Virus record (IMG/VR): IMGVR_UViG_3300030419_007131
Span: 32,001 to 96,000 of that record
Strand: one strand, 5' to 3'
Source: a virus
Length of the DNA stretch: 64,000 bases
Shown: positions 42,592-53,100 of the stretch, piece by piece
Layout of the letters: each line of letters starts with the position of its first letter
How positions within the stretch are numbered: the stretch's first letter is position 1
Made by a program: the position numbers and the translations under genes
The notes under the pieces: model-generated
What the model was told of the DNA's origin: nothing
Database searches by the model: none
Seen by the model: only the letters and a program-made list of their open reading frames with translations

Positions 42592-45500
42592 TAGAATTTC
42601 CTACTCTTTTTGTTCTTCTTGTTGGAAGAGCCGTAACTCTGCTTATTGCTCTGCTTGTTGCTGGAGCCGCCGCTCTTTTGATCCTTCAAACTCTGATTCT
42701 GCCAGGAGCCCTGCTTATTGCTCTGCTTGTTGCTGGAGCCGCCGCTCTTTTGATCCTTCAAGCTCTGATTCTGCCAGGAGTTGTCTTGCTTTTCTTGATA
42801 TTTTTGCTGTCTTTGTTGCTGACCTAACTGATTTTGTTTATTTTTGTCATTTTGCTTTTGTTTGTTGTCCCGGTCGCGCTGTTGCTGGCGAGCGAGGTCT
42901 TCGGCCTCCTGGGCTGCGGCCTCTTCTTTGACCCTGGCTTCTTCTTTTTGTTGAGCGGCTATACGATCTCGTTCTCGTTTCGCAGCAAGGCGCCTTTGTC
43001 TGGCTTCCTCTTGCCTGGCGCGCTCTTTGCGCTCTGCCTCGGCTTTTCGTTCTGCTTCTTGCCGGGCCTTCTCTTTTCGCTCGCGGAGGATCCTCAGGGC
43101 CTCTGCTTTAGCTGCCGCGGCTGCAGCGGCCTTGCGGGCGCGTTCTTCTCGTATAAGACAATCCTTATATTCTTTCTGAAGCCACTCAAGATCCGCTATC
43201 AGATTGGCACGCTCTATTTGCAAATCCTCAAGTTCGTCGAGAGATGCCTTATACATTGAATAGGGTATTGGACCAGAAACCTTAGCATTCGGTCGCTGCT
43301 TCAGAGGCACTTCAGACCAATAGCGTGGTGGGGGCTCCAGGGCATCGATCCTCCTGCTCAAAGTTCTAATTTGATCGTTTACGCTGTTCATGTGCTTTTC
43401 TTGATCTTTGCAAGCTTCTTTTATCTTTCTCTGTTTGTCGGCCTTTGAAAATCGGGTTTTTCCCTTAGAAGGCGGAGGGAGTACTTCTTCTGGCATCGGA
43501 TACAGGGGGGCTTTCACTGCATACAAAGAAAGCGGACCTTGCTGCTCTAAAAGATTAGAGCCCGGGACCATTCCTCTCACGTCATACTCGCTCTCTTTAA
43601 GTTTCCTATTATAATCTCCCCCGCCGCTATAACCTTCGCGGATAGGACCCAAAGCAAATAAAGTGGCCAAAGGACGCAATCCCAAATCGCCGCGGACATT
43701 GACCGTGTTGGTTATTTGAACCAGTCGACATACTAAAGTGTCTTCGTTAGCTTCCGCAGCTTTGTGGGCCTCTTCGGTCATCGGAACCCAATTGGGAGCA
43801 GAAATGCCATAGAGATGATCGAAGCCCTCTAGATATTCTACTCTTACTAAAGATCCAAAGTTAATAACATTAGATAATGAATTAATCTGTGTGGTGATTT
43901 CTTCATTATCTTGAAGTTTGGCGCCGGCCAAAGAGCCTGCGATAGAACCCAAATTTTGAGGTCTCACTTCCTTAAACCCCGCCGCTTGCTTGTTGACAAT
44001 GGTATTAACAAGGGGCGAGTTGGCAAGTGTCGCACTAGTAAAAATTCCTTTAATATTAGACTGAATGGATCCTGTTTGTGCTGTTTTCGAAGTATTGGCT
44101 TCAGTAAATTTGGAGTCATTTGATAGCATATGTCGAGAGTCAGCTTCTTTGCTCTTTGTCAATCCTTTTGCGGCCACCAATTTACCTAAACTAATAGGGT
44201 ATGGTGTCGCCACAACTCCTATAGAATTTAAAATTGTCATTTTGTTCTTCTCGGAACTTAGAGACTTCTGAGGGTTCATAACTGATGTATTGGTATTGGT
44301 CTTGTTTCTCTGCAGTGAAGAAAGACTATCTGTACTAGCTTCAATACAGGTAGTCGGCACGCGTGCGAAGTTGTTAGATAGACTAACAGCCGCCGGGCTT
44401 AGGAACCCAAAAGCATTAATGCCCACGGCGTTGGGGTTGCTGACGGAGTACTTCTGTTTCTCTTCTTCAACACGGTCGACCATAACCCCGTAAGCCAAAG
44501 TAGGCATAACACCGAATGTATTTGTGAGCTTGCTATCCAAATAATCAAGGCCAACATTCCTGTTCCCTTGAATTTGAAACTTTGTTTTAAACTCCTTTTC
44601 CATCATAAGATATGGGGACCTTTTAACAGCTCGGACGCGGGACTTCTTCGCTCCTGAACGGTTTGTCTTGGGGCCGGTTTTGGACACCAATAAATCTGCT
44701 ATTTGGCCGACAACGTTTCGAATATGTTGAACTAGCAACCCATATCCATCGCCGCCGACAAGTGATTGATTAAACTTTGATGTCAGCGCAAGCAAATTTC
44801 GCTTCCAGTAGGGAACAGTAAATCCTAAAATCTCTTCTTTTCCAAATATAAACATTAAAGCCGCCATATATTGACTTACAAGCTTATTCCACGGGCCCTT
44901 ATGTTCCTTTTCGCGAGGCAGACCCTCGCATTGCTTGAGCGTAGTGTTCAGTTTTTCCAAAATGCCTTGCAGCGCATTCCGCGTTTCATCAATAACCAGC
45001 ACCTCTATTCTGTATTGCATGTGCCCTTCAGTATGGTTGATAGCGCTCCTATCCATGAAAGCAATATTTAAAACCTCTCCATCATTAGAGGTGCTAATAA
45101 TATCTAAATTATCTCCCAAAGACGCTACTTTTTTATACTGGTCGGTCTTTCCGGTCCCGCAAGGAGATTCTCCTTGATTTCCGGGCGTGAGAGAGTTCCC
45201 CTTCATAGTTTGGCCGGCCAGTTTAGAATAGACTACAATATCTTTTATTCGACAAGTGGAACTCAAAGACTCTCCAACTCTAAGAAACCGCCCGAACTCG
45301 GTATTGTCGCGAGCATATTCAAACAAATCGAAAGAAAAGAAACCATGAATGAGGCCATCGCCATTTCTGGATAAAGTGGGCTCCGATACATACGCAGAAA
45401 CAGCGTCTCTCAGGCTAACCGGAGGAAGAAAATCAAGCCTCAAACGATTGCTTGCATCAAGAATCCGCAGATCTATATTTTTGAAATTTGTAACATTCTG

Positions 45501-46196
45501 TGCCGTAACCATGGGATGCTTGGCTATTGTATGAACTGGGCCGGCCATAATTTTGTTATTCCCCAGGTACATATGGACTGCAGTAGGCCACAGAGAACCC
45601 CGAACCCCGAAGCCTTCCATTGTTTCTGCTAAACGAAACAGCTGGGTTCTCGGCGGAACAAGACCATTTTGTAAGATAGTATCCTGAAGCATGCTCATTT
45701 TTTTAACATCGATAGACCCTTTGTACTCCGCATAAGAAACAACCAACACATACACATTGGGGTTGTAGTTAATGACAAACTCCGCATCATAGGTCCAGTT
45801 CCATGTTGTTTGACCCGGGCGCGTGCCCAGGGGTGCTTTTTCTTTCCATTCTTTTTGCGGCAAACTCTTAGAGATAGTTGTTTTGAAGGATGCACTGGAT
45901 CTATAGATCTTGCCCGGGGACCATGGGCGGCGGCTTGGGGCGCCCTTTATAAATCTCACCAAATAGTCCTTATCATAACACAGCCTATTTAACATTTCAA
46001 TATCAGGACTAACCATTACAAAGTTCTTAAAATTTCCTACTCGCTGATTTCCTAGCGCCTTCTCGTTGGATATTTCCATGCGGATGTGCATGCGCCTAGG
46101 CACGCCGGCTGAGTAGCCAATGTCGCTAGAGATCGCCTGAATAGTGACAACCGGCGCAAACAAGCACGTTGAGTAGGGACCAAGTGAAACAGCCAT
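42591..46196 (-). CDS. Large baseplate-region protein (1201 aa) with a charged helix and a basic Q/K/S tail
   Basis: Long ORF; E/R/K/A-rich helix followed by a repeated low-complexity tail. Confidence 0.6.
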   Translation of the reverse strand: MAVSLGPYSTCLFAPVVTIQAISSDIGYSAGVPRRMHIRMEISNEKALGNQRVGNFKNFVMVSPDIEMLNRLCYDKDYLVRFIKGAPSRRPWSPGKIYRSSASFKTTISKSLPQKEWKEKAPLGTRPGQTTWNWTYDAEFVINYNPNVYVLVVSYAEYKGSIDVKKMSMLQDTILQNGLVPPRTQLFRLAETMEGFGVRGSLWPTAVHMYLGNNKIMAGPVHTIAKHPMVTAQNVTNFKNIDLRILDASNRLRLDFLPPVSLRDAVSAYVSEPTLSRNGDGLIHGFFSFDLFEYARDNTEFGRFLRVGESLSSTCRIKDIVVYSKLAGQTMKGNSLTPGNQGESPCGTGKTDQYKKVASLGDNLDIISTSNDGEVLNIAFMDRSAINHTEGHMQYRIEVLVIDETRNALQGILEKLNTTLKQCEGLPREKEHKGPWNKLVSQYMAALMFIFGKEEILGFTVPYWKRNLLALTSKFNQSLVGGDGYGLLVQHIRNVVGQIADLLVSKTGPKTNRSGAKKSRVRAVKRSPYLMMEKEFKTKFQIQGNRNVGLDYLDSKLTNTFGVMPTLAYGVMVDRVEEEKQKYSVSNPNAVGINAFGFLSPAAVSLSNNFARVPTTCIEASTDSLSSLQRNKTNTNTSVMNPQKSLSSEKNKMTILNSIGVVATPYPISLGKLVAAKGLTKSKEADSRHMLSNDSKFTEANTSKTAQTGSIQSNIKGIFTSATLANSPLVNTIVNKQAAGFKEVRPQNLGSIAGSLAGAKLQDNEEITTQINSLSNVINFGSLVRVEYLEGFDHLYGISAPNWVPMTEEAHKAAEANEDTLVCRLVQITNTVNVRGDLGLRPLATLFALGPIREGYSGGGDYNRKLKESEYDVRGMVPGSNLLEQQGPLSLYAVKAPLYPMPEEVLPPPSKGKTRFSKADKQRKIKEACKDQEKHMNSVNDQIRTLSRRIDALEPPPRYWSEVPLKQRPNAKVSGPIPYSMYKASLDELEDLQIERANLIADLEWLQKEYKDCLIREERARKAAAAAAAKAEALRILRERKEKARQEAERKAEAERKERARQEEARQRRLAAKRERDRIAAQQKEEARVKEEAAAQEAEDLARQQQRDRDNKQKQNDKNKQNQLGQQQRQQKYQEKQDNSWQNQSLKDQKSGGSSNKQSNKQGSWQNQSLKDQKSGGSSNKQSNKQSYGSSNKKNKKSRKF
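42639..42780. repeat. 72-bp tandem repeat encoding SWQNQSLKDQKSGGSSNKQSNKQ twice
   Basis: 42639-42708 vs 42711-42780, one mismatch. Confidence 0.92.
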
Positions 46197-46198
46197 TG

Positions 46199-47125
46199 TT
46201 AGCAGGGCTCCTCATTTTCATCGCCGGGCGCGCCTGTGCCCGCGGAATAAAGATCTCGATTAAGCTTCAATCTAGAGGCCGAAGTGGACAGGGCCTTCTC
46301 GCTTATATTTAGTTCCTCGATGACTTCTGGCGGAATTTCCTTATCTACTAAAACATTCATATAATACTCTACATTATCAGTAGTAGAAGCAGCAAAAGTC
46401 TGCACATCTTCAGGAGTATAAGCTTTCTGGATATACCCGGTCGAAGAAGAGTGAAAAACTTGAATATCGAAGTTCTCTTTAAGGAAATCAGTATTATTCT
46501 CATTTATTTCCATCATTAAATACTTCTCATTGAGGGCCAAAAAGATATCCGTATTGCCTATTCTCTCGCTAATGGAGATCGGTGAAAGTTGGGGATCCCC
46601 AGCTTTAAAATAAACCTCATAATCTACGGTGATATTCAACTGCGGGATGTTATTAATATACCCATCTTCATCCAAGTATGATACTGAAGATGAGATCTCA
46701 GGCTGAGACAGTAGTTGAAGCTGCCATGCGGCACTATATTGCGACAATAATGAAGCATTCCCTAAGGGATATGCATCTATTTTGCCAGTTTCTGCGAATA
46801 CAGGCTGTTTAAACGCCTCCACGTTTTCAGCGGGATCTGAATTAGTATTGCCGATTGCAGTCTGAAGATTGTTCAGGAACTTCGTTACACGCGTTTCGGC
46901 GCCAGTACGAGTAGGAATTATCTTAAGTTTGGGAGTCTCCTCTTGAATGCGCCCTTCTGACTGGTTTTGGTTTTCCACGTATCCAGACGCGGCCACATCA
47001 TACAGGATGTCGTCGTCAAAAAACGCATAATAGGCAGGGTCTAGTTTTCCTATTGCTAATGAATACTTGCCATATTCGGTAAGCACAAAATCTAGCACCT
47101 CTTCTTTTTTATTAAAAAATCCCAT
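46199..47125 (-). CDS. Baseplate-region structural protein
   Basis: N-terminal VLDFVLTEYGKYSL...YYAFFDDDILYD is homologous to the N-terminus of 38958..39905. Confidence 0.6.
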   Translation of the reverse strand: MGFFNKKEEVLDFVLTEYGKYSLAIGKLDPAYYAFFDDDILYDVAASGYVENQNQSEGRIQEETPKLKIIPTRTGAETRVTKFLNNLQTAIGNTNSDPAENVEAFKQPVFAETGKIDAYPLGNASLLSQYSAAWQLQLLSQPEISSSVSYLDEDGYINNIPQLNITVDYEVYFKAGDPQLSPISISERIGNTDIFLALNEKYLMMEINENNTDFLKENFDIQVFHSSSTGYIQKAYTPEDVQTFAASTTDNVEYYMNVLVDKEIPPEVIEELNISEKALSTSASRLKLNRDLYSAGTGAPGDENEEPC

Positions 47126-50100
47126 TACTTCCTACTCTTCTTGTTACTTGAATAACTACCACCAGATTTATTTCGTGACTTATTTTGTGTATAAGTGCCA
47201 GAACGCCGCTTACTTTGTTGGCTTTTCTTGTTACTCTTTTGTAACTGGCCGCGGCTCTGCTTCTTGTTGCTCTTCTTTGACTGTGATTTATCTTGTTTTT
47301 GATTCTTTCTAGATTTCCACGACTCGGTTGTTCGATCGACCTTATCTTGCTTCTGTTTCTGCTCTCTGTTCTGCGTTTTGGCGCCGGTCTTACTGCCAGA
47401 CTTCGAAGATCTCTTATTTTGATATCTGCTGCCGCTCTTGCCACCTGACTTCGAAGGCCCCTTGTCTTGGTATTTGCCGCCGCTCTTTCCGCCGGTTCGA
47501 CTCTTCCCGGTACCCTTATCATCAGTCCCACAATCAGCATCTGCCGTGCCCGGGGGTTGGTTGGGAGCTACACGACCAACAGGATCTGGCCTACGAATCG
47601 TAAGTTGTTCGCCCTCGCTAAGATCGAGGCCAATCTTCATATCTGCCGACACATACTGCACCTCTTCTTCAATCTTGGCAAGCTCAACTAAGGAGAAGTA
47701 ATCATACGGCCAATTGTAACTATAAGGCGTCGTAATTCGAGGTGTCAGAGCACTCACATTATCCGTGACCAAAGAGCGCCGATAGACTTCGAAATCTTTC
47801 TTGGCCTTCCGCTTGACCTTAAATACCAGCCACTGAATGTCATCCCCCTTATCCAAAATAAGGTCAACAAGTTCTTTTTCTTCCACTTCAGTCTCGGCGT
47901 GCTCAAATCTGTCGTCCAAATCGGGGGGGAGATTCTGCCAGATATCGGTGATATCTTTCTCGGTAAGTTTTGTGGAGAATTCAAATACATACATCAGAAT
48001 TGCATCTACTGTATCAAAGTCGACGAAGTTAAATCTTGGTGGGAATACATATTTGTCCATTGCGGCGACCAAGTTTTTATAAGTCTGTGAACGAGGGTCT
48101 GGCTGAGTAAATGATTCTAGAAGCTTTCCGTCTTTCGAGACTGTGCGCACCTCTTGTTCGGGGAACTTAATAAATTCTCGTCGATTCTTGATAGACTTGA
48201 ATGGAATGGCAACAATCGCTTCTTCAAGCTTGTACTCTTTCTTGGGTTTTCCAACGCGCTGGGGGGTTCCCACCTTGAATCCAACAACATCAGCCAGGGA
48301 CTCCCCGCTGCCATCTTCAAGCGTCACCCAGACGCCATCGCCGCCCGTACAGCGATTGCCATATTGGTGCCACATTCCGCGGGTTATCATCTGAGTAGCG
48401 CTTGCGGTGGCGTCGGTCTGAACATAACTTTCCGCAGGCACCGATCCAGTAGAAACCCCAGCAAAGTTCAGAATAGGAGTCTCAAACTTAGACTGGATTA
48501 ACCATCTGTCTTTCTGGGTGACGGTCTGATCCGGGACCTGTTGTAATCGTTCCAAAAGATTGAAAGAGTTATCTATTTGCATGCGGATGTCAGCGTTTGG
48601 ATCGCCAGCGCCGATGCTAGCATTCGCTGCATTAAGGTTGGGAGTGTATTCTTCTCTAAAAAATTCCGTAGTGGTATTAGAAATAATATCATTCAATGTA
48701 GGATAGCCACTTGAAGATGCACTATAAACAAACTTAACCGTCGCCGAACCATCATAGTAGGGAGGAGTAACGTGGGAAAAGCTTAAACTCCAGGGCCCGC
48801 CTTGCTTGTGGGGCAGACTGTTAACGGACGCGGCGCGGACTGACGCGCCTACAGGAGGACCAAAAGCACTACGTCGGGAATACATGTCAAATTTAACTTC
48901 GGCCGAAGAGCTTCGAGCGCACAAGGGATTTACATCGGAGCGATAGAGACGCATTACCATCGTATAGGTGGTTCCGTCTACAACCTTGCGGAAATTCTCT
49001 TCACGTGCAGACTGAAAATTTGTCAGCTCGCTCACAAACATATTGGTTGTTTCACATAAGAAATTATCAATAGCATGCTCATATAATGGACCATGCAGGG
49101 CGCAGGCGGGGGCGGAAAAAATATTGCGTTCTGGGGCAGAGCTGGATGCCACGCTTCCGGTAAACAAGAGGCCAAAGGCAAAGGCACCAGTGCTGGAGAC
49201 GCCCGGCGGGGTGCGCTCTTTTCTTAGCGATGCGGGGCCCCAGCTATAACTACTAGACGGGTGCCTATCAAGCAAGACGTTGAGGCGCCCATTTGGATAA
49301 TTAGAGAGGGCCGTCACATCTACAGAGGCGTCACGAGCGCCCCACTTGGTAATCCTAGTCTTAAGCCACTCATTTGAAAAATATTGTGTTGGATTGTATA
49401 AAGCTTCAAAAGGAAGCTGGGTCATCATGGCGGCCCCCAGTGACATGCCAAACGAGCTCAAGTCCTCAGTTTGAGGGCCCGAGCCCGAGCTTTGCCACAG
49501 AACATTGGCATCTTGGCCGTACGCCTCGAACCAGTTGCCGGGGTTTCCGCGATGAGTGCCGTAATAATTTCCATCTTTATCAACCGCTCTCTGGTCGCCA
49601 GCGCAAGCGAACTCGGGGACGAGGTCAGGGATGGCGTTACCAATTTGGGTGCCCATGAGTATGAAGTCGCTGGTAGCTAGGCCGGACTTAATTGTATTAA
49701 ATAAGATGCCCGGGGACATAAGAGGTTCCATAATTGGACGCAAAGGAAGACCTGGGGCAACCCGGGCAGTATGTGTAATATCAGCCGGGTCAGTAAATGT
49801 TCCTGTCATATAACATAATTGCGGCCCGTAGGACTGTGAGAAGATGCGAGCCAACTCCACCGTTCGTTCTGCTGGGTAAAACCCCCTATAAGGCACAAAC
49901 TTCAAAAGAGCGTCGCACTTTAAGGACACCTTGTCTCGCACAATCATGAGATCTCCAGATCGTTTTTCGTTTAAATCATCATCGACAACTTTAAAATATT
50001 TCAAGAAATCAGAATTTGTATAGGTCCTATAGAACCCCTCTTCCAAGCTGCTGCTGACGGCCGCACCCGAAAGTTCAAAAATATTATCTACCGGAGAAAG

Positions 50101-53100
50101 AAAGTCGCCTCCTTGATCTTCAAGAAGATACTTCATATGAGAGCTTATGCGGAATTCGGGCAAAATAGAATAATCTTTACCAACCGCGCGAATTCTGTCA
50201 GAGATCAATGTATAGTTTTTGTAAGGATCTTTTCCGGCTTGAGAAGGAGCCATCCATACGGTATCGCCCCCAAACGCTACTTCGCTCGCTGAAACGATTC
50301 GATTCGCAGCGCCTTCTGCAGCGCTGCCATCGCCCTGTGTATTTCCGGCAGGCACCCTAAGCGCATACGTTGGCGCGGCATGAGGAGAAGGATGCTCCCG
50401 TTCGTTCCAGGATGTGCCATACACACGGGGGAGGCCGTTCTTTTGCGTCCAGGTTCCATAAAGGTTCATAAGGAGTCCCGAACCGTCTGAGGACGTGGCA
50501 GATTGGGTGACACTATAGTTGAGGTGCGCGTCTAGAGGCCAAGTGCTCTGAGAGGCAATCATGTTGGCGGGCTGGCCCAGGGTTCCGGTGATTGCTGTCG
50601 AGGCGCCTCCATAACGAAGACTGCGGAACTGACGATTAGAGTTCCAGATATTGTCAACATTATAGGCAGTGCGGCCGCGAACAGTCGCCCTAAAGGCATT
50701 CTCGGCCGCTGGATAAATTCTCTGACTATAGTCCATCATCAGACTAAGATCGCTGTTTAGAGCGAACTCGACAATCGAATCGTAGACCTTCGGCTGAGTC
50801 AGGTCGATCTTTAGACCAAGCCTGTTATCCAGGGCTGTGTGTGAAAAATAATCAAATTGATTTGAAAAGGATGGTGCCTTCATCATAATGTTATTTATGG
50901 GGTCGGCGTCTTCGGTATTGTCTTCGAAATAAAAGTAGAAGGGCGAAGCTTCTTGTGCTATCGGCGCTTCAATGAAATCCCTAAACTCATTGGGGCGAGA
51001 GGGATGAGTATACCCTGTCACCTTTTCACCGACCCGATTGGGTATAGCGCGAGGATAAACAGTGGTGCCTATAAGGTTGTTCTTGCGCAGGAGTCGGGCA
51101 ACTTTTGTTTCACCTCCGCGAATTTGTTTCCAGGTTGGCCAGCCGTAAGGGCCATTGCGGTTATTAAGAGTGATGTTTAAAGTGCTGCCGGCTGTCCAAA
51201 CGCTTTCGCGCGAAAGGTTTACGTTGGTGGCTATCCCGGTAGATCCAGAGAGTGCAAAGGCGGAGCGGTTGTAAATGGTCGTAGTAGGAGTGCCATCGGT
51301 AGCGATACTCAAATGATCACCAAGCTGCTTAGTTGCCTCATAGTTAATGTTGTTATAATCGGGGAGAGTTTTCGAGGCAGGCTTGACATATGCTGCTGGC
51401 TTGCCGCCGGCGAAAGGATCAAAGCGCCACCATGCAACCATCGCACTGCCAGTGTTCCAATCTATACGACTAGGATCTAGGGGTGCTCCGACGCCATATA
51501 ACGAACACCAATTCCACGACAAACCATAACAGTCCGTACCAATCGCCACACTTCGAGAAAGAATCAGAATATCAGCGATATTTCCATCCCAGCCGCGGGT
51601 TCCATCGCCCGAGTTACCAATTGTACATCTGTCTGTGGAAGTGGGCAGTTCTATTACATCATCGTTAACAAGAGACCCGGACACAAATCCATTAAAGCCT
51701 CGATACCTCGCGCCGGTATAAGCGAGGGGGTCGCCGCCGTCCATCCATACATAAAAGTAATTGGGGCGCATCGCGGGGAATCCCGGAGTAGCGGTATTGG
51801 AGCCTCCGCCATATGTCATAACAAAATGATGCCATTCCCCTGTGCTACCAGAGCGTCCAAAATAGTTCGTGGGAGTTACAATCTGATGGCGCCCCGTTGC
51901 TGTTTGAAGCTCAAAAGTTAAGCCGGAGCCGTTCCAAAAAATACGCCTTGCACCGTCGAAATCAATTACTCGACCGTATCCACCTCCTCCAGCGGCGCGA
52001 GGCTTAACCCAGCCGGCAATAGTGAACATATTAGCATTGGCTCCGGCGCCCCCGACGATTGGTTTCCAGATACTAGCGGGGCCAATGTCTACTTTGGAAT
52101 CTACTCCGTTAAAATCGCCTGAGTAGGCGCCGGCGATGGGTCCTTCTTCTGACGGGCTTTTGTAGCTGCCAGATCCTATTATGTGAGCATTTACTGAAAT
52201 CGGGTCGATCAACGACGTACCCAATGATCCAACAAAGTTATTTGGTTGTTCCCAATGATAGAACATATGATCGGATCCAGTTATAACTTGGGCTAATGTA
52301 GAAGCACTAGCACAGGCGGGTGAATCATATCCATAAATGCGGCCGGCTGAAGAGGATACCACCTGGGCCACCGTGGCCAACGTCGATGGTGTTTTGACAA
52401 CCAAAGAATCCGCAATCCATTTATACTGCTGCTTGGATTGTGGAATAGCGTGTTGCACAAAAAGATTATCATAAATTTTAAACTCTGATACGGGAGGCCA
52501 CTGTGTCGGCGCCGTAGTCGCTGTTGTATAAGGAGGCTGTAATGCGCCGCCCCAGCTAGGAATAATCTCTACACTTCCAACACCAGTATAATTTGTTGAG
52601 GCAAAAGGAGTTGGGGCGCGGTTCAGGCCGGAAGCTTTTGTGTCGCCGGCCGCAGCATCAAATGTGTAAAGCGCGCCGAGGCCATTAATAAAGGTATCTT
52701 TCTTGAAGATAGCATCCCCATCGCCATGATAACCATCATACAGGTCCGATACTTCTCGGGCTGTGAGATCCCGATTCCAAACAGCCACGTTCGCTATTTG
52801 CATCGTCGCTGCCCCCAATGCCGCATAGCCCGAAACAAAGTTCGTAGGCGCGGTGCCACCCGAGGCGGTAAAGTTCAAGGGATACCGCACCTGTCGATTC
52901 CAGAGAGAGTGAAAACCCCAGTTAGAAACCTCATAGGGCAGGTAGTCCTGGAAGCGTACGCGCTCTGCATCCATTTGTAACTCACCATTCAAATACATAT
53001 AGCAATTCAGGACCGGGACGGCTTCGTCGAAAACAGAAGACCCAGACTGCGCAACGATTGTTAAGTGATGCCACTGGCCCCGTTTGAGTCTGCGGCTGCG

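Noticed and set aside
47112-47540. 142-aa alternative-frame ORF overlapping the basic tail of the giant protein
   Set aside because: No SD or slippery site seen; low-complexity coding often leaves a second frame open, so dual coding is unsupported.
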